Shown: in pieces, positions 25,055 through 35,355 of the stretch
How the letters are laid out: the number at the start of each line of letters is the position of its first letter
Numbering within the stretch: the first letter of the stretch is position 1
Assembly: GCA_002269645.1 (NCBI GenBank)
Contig: NIVC01001097.1
Span: 124,001 to 188,000 of the forward strand
Direction of reading: 5' to 3'
Source of the DNA: Macrostomum lignano
Lineage: Eukaryota
Length of the DNA: 64,000 nt
Made by a program: the position numbers and the translations under genes
Notes under the pieces: generated by a model
The model's database searches: none
Told to the model about the DNA's origin: nothing
Seen by the model: the letters and a program-made list of their open reading frames with translations, nothing else

Positions 25055-25979
25055 CGCAGGAACTGAATTTGAATTGGCGCCACCCTGAACTGGCCAGTCC
25101 CACCTCCCCCAGTCTCTCTCTGAACTCTCTCTACAGACCAACCCAGAACGCAGTGAATATACGGAGACCTAACAGAGTCCTGCCGCCAGGACATTTTATT
25201 GAAGCTGTTTAAACTTGCTTGTTCAGAGTTGAAGATCTCATTGAACTTGGCCAATATGCGACAGTCTCTCACCCCTATAAGCGAACTGGTTCGGATATAA
25301 CCTGCAGTTGTTTCTTGTCTGCTGGCAGAGCTACCGGTACAAAAGTTTAGCAAAAACAAATTGACAGGTCAGGCTGAGCGACCACCCAGAGACCCCTTGA
25401 CTTACTTAGCGGTTGATTCCGCCAACCCCTGGCGATCACGGGCAGCTGGTGTTGCGGTGTCGCGCAGGGAGATCCGGTGGTGTTACCGGTGTCCAGAGCG
25501 AGGTGCCTCTCCAGAGAGTCCAGGAGGTGGAAATTCTCGCGCTTGAAAATATCTCGGAGACATCCGGGTTTGGGCTGAGGCAGGTGATTCTGTCCTGAGT
25601 AAAAGCCTGATGTTTCTGAGCTTGAGTCCAAGCAGGGCCCTGTGCAGAGGGCGGGGGAGTATGGGGGACAGCCGCGCTGGATTTTGGGAGTCGGGGTGGT
25701 CAGCCCACCTCTCCCACCCAGTGACCCCCCAGTGGCAGAAACCGCGTGTTTGTCTGCTAAAAGCAGCTGTTTTTGGCCTGGAGTCACTCCCAGACCTCAG
25801 AACTGACACAATGAGTTATTCTTGACTGATGCCACCGAAAAATTGATTTTGATGTGGCGAAAACAGCGCATGGGGCCGGAATCAGAAAAATGACATTGGA
25901 TAACATCGAATAGCCAGGAATTTTACCACTGGCTTCTTTTCTTCTTTTGACAATTGATTGGATTCCAATGGGAATCGCT

Positions 25980-26245
25980 TCTGTCAGAGATGAGTTCCAG
26001 CACTGCCCGCTACTGTCAGAGATGAGTTCCAGCACTGCCCGCTACTGTCAGAGATGAGTTCCAGCACTGCCCGCTACTGTCAGAGATGAGTTCCAGCATT
26101 GCCAGCTTCTGTCAGCGATGAGTTCCAGCATTGCCAGCTTCTGTCAGCGATGAGTTCCAGCATTGCCAGCTTCTGTCAGAGATGAGTTCCAGCACTGCCA
26201 GCTTCTGTCAGAGATGAGTTCCAGCACTGCCAGCTTCTGTCAGCC
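25980..26245. repeat. 32-bp minisatellite
   Basis: Unit ctgtcagagatgagttccagcactgcccgcta. Confidence 0.9.
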
Positions 26246-26623
26246 CTGAGCTCACGCGCGCCAGTTCAGCCATTCCCCATCAAAGCCCTCCTACGTCTAT
26301 TTGCGAGCCAAAAGAGAAAAACATCTCTATTTAAAAACATGTAAATACTGAAGTGTTTACGGAAACGTGTCCGGGATGATGTCCGGCCCCCGAGCTGCCC
26401 AGGCCGGGCCCGAGGGCGGCTTGGCAGCGACCCGTTGGCCCAGCTGGGTGGCCAATGGGAGGCGGCGGGGCTGCTCGGGGATAAAGTTGGCAGCCTTCGG
26501 GACCGCCCCGGCCGATGCAGGCGGCCTGGCTGGCTTCCCGCAACACTCACCGACTGATCTTCGCTCTCCACAAGCTCTGCTCAAGCTCTGCTCAAGCTCT
26601 CCTCACTCCGGCCAATCAGCAAG

Positions 26624-27565
26624 ATGCTGCAGACGATGCGCAGCTCGGCACTGACGCTCTCGGCTCTGGTCCTCCTGGCTGTGGCACTGTGCGGCAGCGG
26701 CTCGCAGCAGATTCGAACCCGGTCCGGCTCTGGGCTGGCTGAGGTAGGTCTTGAGCTGTTAAAGTTGCATTCAGCGCTATGCTATCCTAAACCAGCATAT
26801 TTTCGGCCCCAACGCAGCCTAAACTGCCGAGGCTGTGCGGCATCAGGCTGATCAGGAAGCTGTACGAGGTGTGCAAGGACCGCGGCGGCGTCTACAATGG
26901 CGGTCTCATGCGCCGCGTCAGACGCGACACCACCAGCAGCTCTGGTGAGTTGGCTACCTCAGTCTCCGCCATCAGTGCTCACCCCAGCCTCCATAATCAG
27001 TGCTCACCTCAGCCTCCATCATCAGTGCTCACCTCAGCCTCCATCATCAGTGCTCACCTCAGCCTCCATCATCAGTGCTCACCTCAGCCTCCATCATCAG
27101 TGCTCACCCCAGCCTCCATCATCAGTGCTCACCTCAGCCTCCATCATCAGTGCTCACCCCAGCCTCCATCATCAGTGCTCACCTCAGCCTCCATTATCAG
27201 TACTCACCCCAGCCTCCATCATCAGTGCTCAACCCAGCCTCCATCATCAGTGCTCACCCCAGCCTCCATCATCAGTGCTCACCCCAGCCTCCATCATCAG
27301 TGCTCACCCCAGCCTCCATCATCAGTGCTCACCCCAGCCTCCATCATCAGTGCTCACCCCAGCCTCCATCATCAGTGCTCACCCCAGCCTCCATCATCAG
27401 TGCTCACCCCAGACACTGCATAAATTTTCAGTCGGCCAGCTCCTGAAGCGCACCATAGGGCATTCCAAGCTCAAATGCCTGATTCCAAAGGACGACATTG
27501 TGCACCACTGCTGCACCTGCGGGCGGTGCACCTTGTCCTACATGCAGCTGTACTGCAACTACTGA
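26624..27565 (+). CDS. Insulin-like peptide precursor B
   Basis: Exons 26624-26743, 26818-26944, 27432-27565 (phases 0,1). Signal ..SALTLSALVLLAVALCGSGS; B chain RLCGIRLIRKLYEVC; RR-DTTSSSVGQLL-KR; A chain TIGHSKLKCLIPKDDIVHHCCTCGRCTLSYMQLYCNY*; AATAAA at ~27650. Confidence 0.9.
26965..27410. repeat. 25-bp minisatellite filling ILP-B intron 2
   Basis: Unit cagcctccatcatcagtgctcacc(c/t). Confidence 0.95.
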
Positions 27566-28114
27566 TCTGGCGGTGACAATGTCCCTCCACTCAAGGACTG
27601 CCCTTCACCTCCCTTTGCTTCTGTTAACCGAGCAATAACTGCGCTATAAAATAAACTCTATGAGGCTATTTTACCTGTGCATGACTCGCACTGCGCGATC
27701 TCTTTCATTCTTTAATATCCGACAGCACCGCACAGCTGGACTGCACTGATGCTGGCTGACCTTCCGCCGGCAGCTGCAGATCTGCTGCATCAGCCAATAC
27801 GGTGGGAGACCCGCGCGGTGTGCAAATCCGCGGTAATCCTCCATGCAGACGTGCAGTTGGATAATCCTTCGCTTCCAGCAGCGGGATTAGCGCTGTATAC
27901 AGCAATTAGTCTGACAGAGCTCGGGCCCAGTCAACCCCAACCACCTGTGCGTCATCGAATTTCGGCGCTCGTTCAGCCGCAGTCTGAAGAAAGGGGGCGG
28001 CAAAATTCGTCAAAGCTGTTATTTCGAAAATTGCTGCCTTCGAGGACAAGCAAAACGGAGTCGAAATGCTGTTGTGTTTTTTTCTGCAGATAACTGCAGA
28101 AGCTCGGGTGAGAA

Positions 28115-28650
28115 GGCAGATTCAGGACACAGGCAGATTCAGGACACAGGCAGATTCAGGACACAGGCAGATTCAGGACACAGGCAGATTCAGGACACAG
28201 GCAGATTCAGGACACAGGCAGATTCAGGACACAGGCAGATTCAGGACACAGGCAGATTCAGGACACAGGCAGATTCAGGACACAGGCAGATTCAGGACAC
28301 AGGCAGATTCAGGACACAGGCAGATTCAGGACACAGGCAGATTCAGGACACAGGCAGATTCAGGACACAGGCAGATTCAGGACACAGGCAGATTCAGGAC
28401 ACAGGCAGATTCAGGACACAGGCAGATTCAGGACACAGGCAGATTCAGGACACAGGCAGATTCAGGACACAGGCAGATTCAGGACACAGGCAGATTCAGG
28501 ACACAGGCAGATTCAGGACACAGGCAGATTCAGGACACAGGCAGATTCAGGACACAGGCAGATTCAGGACACAGGCAGATTCAGGACACAGGCAGATTCA
28601 GGACACAGGCAGATTCAGGACACAGGCAGATTCAGGACACAGATTGGCAG
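28115..28650. repeat. 17-bp near-perfect minisatellite (ggcagattcaggacaca)
   Basis: Period 28141->28158. Confidence 0.96.
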
Positions 28651-29139
28651 ATTCAGTTAAGTGGTCACTCGAAAGATAAGAAATGGTTATCATATCGTGT
28701 ATATAAACATATATCTGTAACAAAACTACATTTCTGAGTCGACAATGCTGGCACAGAGCAATATTAAATTCAGCATATTTTGCAGTATGAATGAACTCTA
28801 ATTTCTTCTATTCAGCGGCAGAGAAGCCCTATTAAATAATTAAAAGCTGAAAAGCTGAAACGGCGGTGTAAATTGAAAATTCACACATTGCCATCAGTTC
28901 ACAGCTTGGGAATGGCTGCAACAGACTATTATCAGACGAAATGCAATTTATATTTAAAGAATTTCGACACCAATAATCTAATCTCGCTCTCCACATTGCG
29001 GTCGAACAAATCCTTTCTTTAACAATTTTTAGTTTTTTTAATCGAAAAATGTTATATATATTCATATCTTGTCCCAGTTACTGCCAAGAGTAGGAACGTG
29101 CGAATGAAAAAGGTATCTTTTACGAGCGTAACTTTGAGG

Positions 29140-29630
29140 TTCCCAATCTCTCCCTGAACTCCGGAATCTCTCCCTGGACTGCGGAATCTCTCCCTGAACT
29201 CCGGAATCTCTCCCTGGACTGCGGAATCTCTCCCTGGACTGCGGAATCTCTCCCTGGACTGCGGAATCTCTCCATGGACTTCGGAATCTCTCCCTGAACT
29301 GCGGAATCTCTCCCTGAACTGCGGAATCTCTCCCTGAACTGCGGAATCTCTCACTGAACTGCGGAATCTCTCCCTGGACTGCGGAATCTCTCCCTGAACT
29401 GCGGAATCTCTCCCTGAACTGCGGAATCTCTCCCTGAACTGCGGAATCTCTCCCTGGACTGCGGAATCTCTCCCTGAACTCCGGAATCTCTCCCTGGACT
29501 GCGGAATCTCTCCATGGACTTCGGAATCTCTCCCTGAACTGCGGAATCTCTCCCTGAACTGCGGAATCTCTCCCTGGACTGCGGAATCTCTCCCTGAACT
29601 CCGGAATCTCTCCATGGACTGCGGAATCTT
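29140..29630. repeat. 20-bp minisatellite (gcggaatctctccctgaact)
   Basis: Direct reading. Confidence 0.95.
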
Positions 29631-29911
29631 ACGGACCTTTCAAAGAGTCTCATCCAGACAGCTGAAAATTGAATCCCATTCTGAGCCGTGAGCACGGCAA
29701 CGCCAATTTTGTCGGAGCGATGGGATTGGCTGCGCCAGGGCTTCTCATATCCCGGATGCTAGGGGATAAATAGGCTGCAGACCGGTGACCAGCTGCCCGC
29801 TTCTGCATCCGCCCGACAGCGCAGTCTCTCCGCAGATTCTTCCGCCTCCGGCCCGATCGAACAGGCAAATTTGACTCAAATCTGAACTCGACGACTCGCC
29901 AGCACCGCGGC

Positions 29912-31203
29912 ATGTCGGCATCAGCTCAGCTGATTCTGCGGTTCGCCCTGCCGCTGCTTCTCCTGGCACTCGCCGCTGGGCCTCAGCTGGCCGGCTCCGC
30001 AACCGTTCCTCCCGATGTGAGGCTGGCCCTGGCAACTGCAAAATGTCATGGCAACTATCCCACAAAAGCCAAATCTTTCTAGCCACTAAATGTCCTAGTA
30101 ACTAAATCCCATAGCAACTAAATATCATAGCAAGTAAATCCCATAGCAACTAAACACCATGGCAACTAAATCCAAAGCCACTAAATCCCATAGCAACTAA
30201 ACCCCATAGCAACTAAATCCCATAGCAACTAAATCCCATAGCAACTAAATCCCATAGCAACTATATCCCATGGCAACTAAATCTTATGGTAACTAAATCC
30301 CACGGCAACTAAATGCCATAGCAACTAAATCCCATAGCAACTAAATCCCATGGCAACTAAATCCCATGGCAACTAAATACCTTGACAACCAAATCTATTC
30401 ACGGAGTGTGTGAGCAAAGAGCTCGAACTGGTGCCCATGGCCTCTCCATCATTGCAGCAGATCAGCATCCAGCAGTGCAGCGATAACCTGGTCAAAATTG
30501 TCCACTTCGTCTGCCGCAACCGGGGCGGAATCTACGATCAACGGTCCGGCTACCTGGAGCAGGCGGCTCGCTTCGTGAAGAGGGGCAAGCAGCTGGAGAC
30601 CGCAGGTGAGGCCACGAGGTCACCTCGTCATCACGTGTGAGGTCAATGGCATTTGAGCTGGAGATCCGTGTGCTGCGGCTTGACGCTGATGCCTTAAAAA
30701 CGTGTTGATTTGATGCTTGTCGAGAGAAACTCAATGTAGTTTATCCATAGGTCCATGGTATTTGCCGTGAGGTCCATGGTATTTGCCGTGAGGTCCATGG
30801 TATTTGCTGTGAGGTCCATGGTATTTGCTGTGAGGTCCATGGTATTTGCCGTGAGGTCCATGGTATTTGCTGTGAGGTCCATGGTATTTGCTGTGAGGTC
30901 CATGGTATTTGCCAGGAGATGCACCCCTAACTGAAGGCCAAGTGAAGATCCTTGAAATGAAGTTGAGCTTACCAGAAAACGCAGTTCAAGCACTACTCGC
31001 ACAGCAGAGCCGCAACCCCAGCCCTTCACCCCCTGCGCCCCGCAGCCGCCGTAGCCAAGCGCCAGCGCAGCCTGTCCTCGCTGGCCTGCATGATCGAAGA
31101 CGCTGAGAACATCGTGAGCAGCTGCTGCTGCCGCGAGTGCTCGTTGTCCTACCTGTACGGCTTCTGCGCCTACCCCGAGCCAGTTGGGAGAGTAACCAAC
31201 TGA
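29912..31203 (+). CDS. Insulin-like peptide precursor C
   Basis: Exons 29912-30016, 30458/30461-30605 (NAGNAG acceptor), 31046-31203 (phases 0,1). Signal MSASAQLILRFALPLLLLALAAG; B chain QQCSDNLVKIVHFVC; KR-GKQLETAAAVA-KR; A chain QRSLSSLACMIEDAENIVSSCCCRECSLSYLYGFCAYPEPVGRVTN*. Confidence 0.87.
30060..30390. repeat. 16-bp minisatellite (agcaactaaatcccat) in ILP-C intron 1
   Basis: Period 30191->30207. Confidence 0.9.
30750..30912. repeat. 21-bp minisatellite in ILP-C intron 2
   Basis: Unit aggtccatggtatttgc(c/t)gtg. Confidence 0.93.
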
Positions 31204-31365
31204 GTGACCAACTGAGTGACCAACTGAGTGACCAACTGAGTGACCAACTGAGTGACCAACTGAGTGACCAACTGAGTGACCAACTGAGTGACCAACTGAG
31301 TGACCAACTGAGTGACCAACTGAGTGACCAACTGAGTGACCAACTGAGTGACCAACTGAGTGACC
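31195..31365. repeat. 12-bp repeat (accaactgagtg)n starting at the ILP-C stop codon
   Basis: Direct reading. Confidence 0.95.
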
Positions 31366-31739
31366 GCTAAATTAACTAAGCTCTGTCACTGCTACACTGG
31401 AGACAAATTCAAAACACATTAAACCCTTGCGAACTGCAAGATAACAAAATAAAACAATCTCAAGTCGAGTACCCACTCAAGGGTAACCAAGCGTCTCCGC
31501 TGGACCGCGTTGCACCGACTTTGCCGATTCGAAAAAAACACTTTTCGAAGGCTTCTTGGCTTCTTCGTTTTAAATCCCAAAATATGAACCGATTGTTCCC
31601 TCTAGTGTCCGCCACGGGCTGGGGAAGTCTTACAGAGCAGATTTTCTCTGAGGGTTGTGGCAGTCCGGCAGGGATAAAACTGTACTGAGTAAACTGTGGA
31701 AGCCCGGCTGCTCTGCCTGAACTTCATGGGGCAGTGCAA

Positions 31740-32010
31740 TGGGGATTTTGATCGGTGGAGACAGATTGATGGGGATTTCGATCGGTGGAGACAGATTGAT
31801 GGGGATTTCGATCGGTAGGGACAGTGGGATGGGGATTTTGATCGGTAGGGACAGTGGGATGGGGATTTTGATCGGTAGGGACAGTGGGATGGGGATTTTG
31901 ATCGGTAGGGACAGTGGGATGAGGATTTTGATCGGTGGGACAATGGGATGGGGATTTTGATCGGTAGGGACAGTGGGATGGGGATTTTGATCGGTAGGGA
32001 CAGTGGGAGC
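31740..32010. repeat. 30-bp minisatellite
   Basis: Unit gggattttgatcggtagggacagtgggatg. Confidence 0.9.
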
Positions 32011-32444
32011 CTGGGACAATTACAAAATTCATCTGCAGTCAGCTCCATGAAAGCAGACAAAAACTTTGAACTCACTGGAGACAAGAAAGCTTCATGAGGT
32101 TTAGCAGCTCATATTTCAGTCGCAGATGTCTGCAGAGCTCAGTTGCGACTGCGGCGCAAGGGAGGGCAGGCAGCCTGGTGCTCAGCATCGGATGCCAGCT
32201 GCTGACTCGGCAGCTCAGGCTCCCCATCAGCGGGGATCTGACTTCTGAAAGCCGACACCTCCGGCAGAGCAGCTGCGTCAGTCAGCGGCCCCCCACCTCA
32301 GTTCCAGTTGCCTGCCGCAGCAACGCGCAGCTCTGCTCTTTCAGAAGAAAGCAAACCGGGATTGACAGAATTGCTGCTTCTGAATAAATCTGACAGCGGG
32401 ACAGCTGAAAGTTTGGGCAAGATCTGGGCCCGAGTGGGCGCCAG

Positions 32445-33470
32445 CTACAGAAGGGCGCCAGCTACAGAAGGGCGCCAGCTACAGAAGGGCACCAGCTACA
32501 GAAGGGCGCCAGCTACAGAGGGGGCGCCAGCTACAGAGGGGGCGCCAGCTACAGAGGGGCGCCAGCTACAGAAGGGCGCCAGCTATAGAGGAGGCGCTAG
32601 CTACAGAGGGGCGCTAGCTACAGAGGGGCGCTAGCTACAGAGGGGCGCTAGCTACAGAGGGGCGCCAGCTACAGAGAGGCGCCAGCTACAGAGAGGCGCC
32701 AGCTACAGAGGGGCGCCAGCTACAGAAGGGCGCCAGCTACAGAAGGGCGCCAGCTACAGGGGGGGGGCGCCAGCTACACAGGGGGCGCCAGCTACAGAGG
32801 GGCGCTAGCTACAGAGGAGGCGCCAGCTATAGAGGAGGCGCTAGCTACAGAGGGGCGCTAGCTACAGAGGGGCGCCAGCTACAGAAGGGCGCCAGCTACA
32901 GGGGGGCGCCAGCTACACAGGGGGCGCCAGCTACAGAGGAGGCGCCAGCTATAGAGGAGGCGCCAGCTATAGAGGAGGCGCCAGCTACAGAGGGGCGCTA
33001 GCTACAGAGGGGCGCTAGCTTCAGAGGGGCGCTAGCTTCAGAGGGGCGCCAGCTACAGAAGGGCGCCCAGCTACAGAGGGGGCGCCAGCTACACAGGGGG
33101 CGCCAGCTACAGAGGAGGCGCCAGCTATAGAGGAGGCGCCAGCTACAGAGGGGCGCTAGCTACAGAGGGGCGCTAGCTTCAGAGGGGCGCCAGCTACAGA
33201 AGGGCGCCCAGCTACAGGGGGGCGCCAGCTACAGAGAGGCGCCAGCTATAGAGGAGGCGCCAGCTACAGAGGGGCGCCAGCTACAGAGGGGCGCCCAGCT
33301 ACAGAGGGGCGCCCAGCTACAGGGGGGCGCCAGCTACAGAGAGGCGCCAGCTATAGAGGAGGCGCCAGCTACAGAGGGGCGCCAGCTACAGAGGGGCGCT
33401 AGCTACAGAGAGGCGCCAGCTATAGAGGAGGCGCCAGCTACAGAGGGGCGCCAGCTACAGGAGGGGCACG
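32445..33470. repeat. ~17-20-bp minisatellite (ggcgccagctacagagg[gg])
   Basis: Direct reading. Confidence 0.93.
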
Positions 33471-33859
33471 CTACAACTAGTTTGACACAGAATCAAGGTA
33501 AACTCACCTAATATTTGCGCCTCAAATATTGATATTTAATCCCAACTGGATGCGTTATTTTTCTTGTTCCTAAAAAAACTCTGGGGTTGCCGGTGCTGAT
33601 ATCGAGTTTCTCCAGACAGCAGGGACTGACAATAGCCTGGTGACGCGGGCAGGCAGCAGGCCAGTCTGTGCAAATCAATCTGCGCGCTTGTGCCAGTGTG
33701 TGAGCTTAGCAAAATGACTGCAGACTCAAATTGCGCGCTTCTGTCATGCGTGCTGAGTCAGGCGTCCCGCACCATCCGTCCCGATTTATAGGGGACATTT
33801 CTTCGGCTTGCAACGCAAGAACTTTTAAAGCAATTAAGATTAAGATTAAGAGAATTTAT

Positions 33860-34035
33860 GATATGCAGTGCTATACTGAGGTGCAGTGCTGATTGGCGCA
33901 CAGGGGTGTACTGAATACACTGGCACTTATGGGAAAAATCCGACCTTCTGGCAGAACCCTTGATTATCTTGACGGTCCGGAGGGTTGGCGACTTGTGTGC
34001 CTGCATTGCTCCGTTCCGGCGCAGCAAAAAAAGTG
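33860..34035 (-). mobile_element. Fragment of the dispersed repeat family also at 4061-4625 and 62315-62650
   Basis: gcagtgctgattggcgcacaggggtgtactgaatacactggcacttatggg...ccttctggcagaa...ttgctccgttccggcgcagc. Confidence 0.7.
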
Positions 34036-34849
34036 TCTTGGTAGATCAACCAGAAATTGCTTAGGTTCAGTCACCAGCCAGTGAACAGGTGACTCGCGCA
34101 GACGGTCTGTCAGTTTTATTTGATTTATTAAATTTACTGTGCGCAGACGCGTGAATGATGAGGGAGGCTGAGAACTAGGCAGAAGTGCTCAGGCATGAGC
34201 TGGATTGCGCAACAGGCGATTGGCTCGGCTTTAACGATCGCATTTCATACTGAAACATTATTATAAATAATAAGTTTATATATGCTACTAAAAGCTGTCT
34301 TGCACAATAAATTATGTTAATAACAGCGGCACACGGGGCACACAGCCACAGGGAACTCGGGAATGTACTTTTGAGCCAGACTGGCGGCACAGTGTATAAT
34401 GAATAAAGTATAATGAAGGTTAATAAACTCGGGCTGGAATGTTGACAGCATAATGTACTGTAAAACTTATCATAATAGCAACAGTGGTGGCGTCTCAGTG
34501 CCCATGGAAATTTCGTAACGCACGCGTCCATAGCAACCAGTTCTCAATAAATCTAAATAGAAGCAGGGCGGACCCGATGCGGTTGGTAGAAAAAGTGCGC
34601 GTATTAAAACAAAAAACAGTTAAAAACCAAAATGTTCGAATCATTCAGGGCGAGAGTTTATGTACAAGTATGCAGAGCCAACCGCATCCCGGCATGCTGG
34701 GTGGACAAGCAATTGCTTTACTCCTCAATAATCCTCTCAGACAACAGACTAATAACTAACAATAAAATTAGACTTGTATAAAATAACCCTACAGTTACAC
34801 AAGACGTTTGTTTGCACAGCTTTTAGTCTACATAACAGAATCTTCTTCA

Positions 34850-35200
34850 GTAGCATACTACTTCCGGTTCAGTAGTGTACTACTTCCGGTTCAACAGTGT
34901 ACTACTTCCGGTTTAGTAGTGTGCTACTTCCGGCTCAGTAGTGTACTACTTCCGGTTCAATAGTGTACTACTTCCGGTTTAGTAGTGTGCTACTTCCGGC
35001 TCAGTAGTGTACTACTTCCGGTTCAATAGTGTACTACTTCCGGTTTAGTAGTGTGCTACTTCCGGTTCAGTAGTGTACTACTTCCGGTCCAGTATTATAC
35101 TACTTTCGGTTCAATAAGTATACTACTTCCGGTTCAGTAGTATACTACCTCTAATTCACTAGTCCAATGCTTCCGTTTCGGTAGCACGTGCTACTTCCGG
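34850..35200. repeat. 22-bp minisatellite (agtagtgtactacttccggttc)
   Basis: Direct reading. Confidence 0.9.
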
Positions 35201-35355
35201 CTTATTGTTTACAGCGCTTCCGGCAGAATTAGCATACTACTCTATATCCAACACAAATACATTGTTTTCCAATTGAACAGTTAAAAATTCACTATAATTC
35301 ACAGACAGACGCAGCTAAAATGATTAGCAGAGAAGAGTTCACAGCAGGAAGTGTC

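Noticed and set aside
28066-29695. ORFs of RQIQDTGRF and ERFRSSGRD repeats
   Set aside because: They are 17-bp and 20-bp minisatellites between the ILP genes.
34524-34537. X-box-like GCGTCC AT AGCAAC
   Set aside because: No adjacent gene start could be identified.
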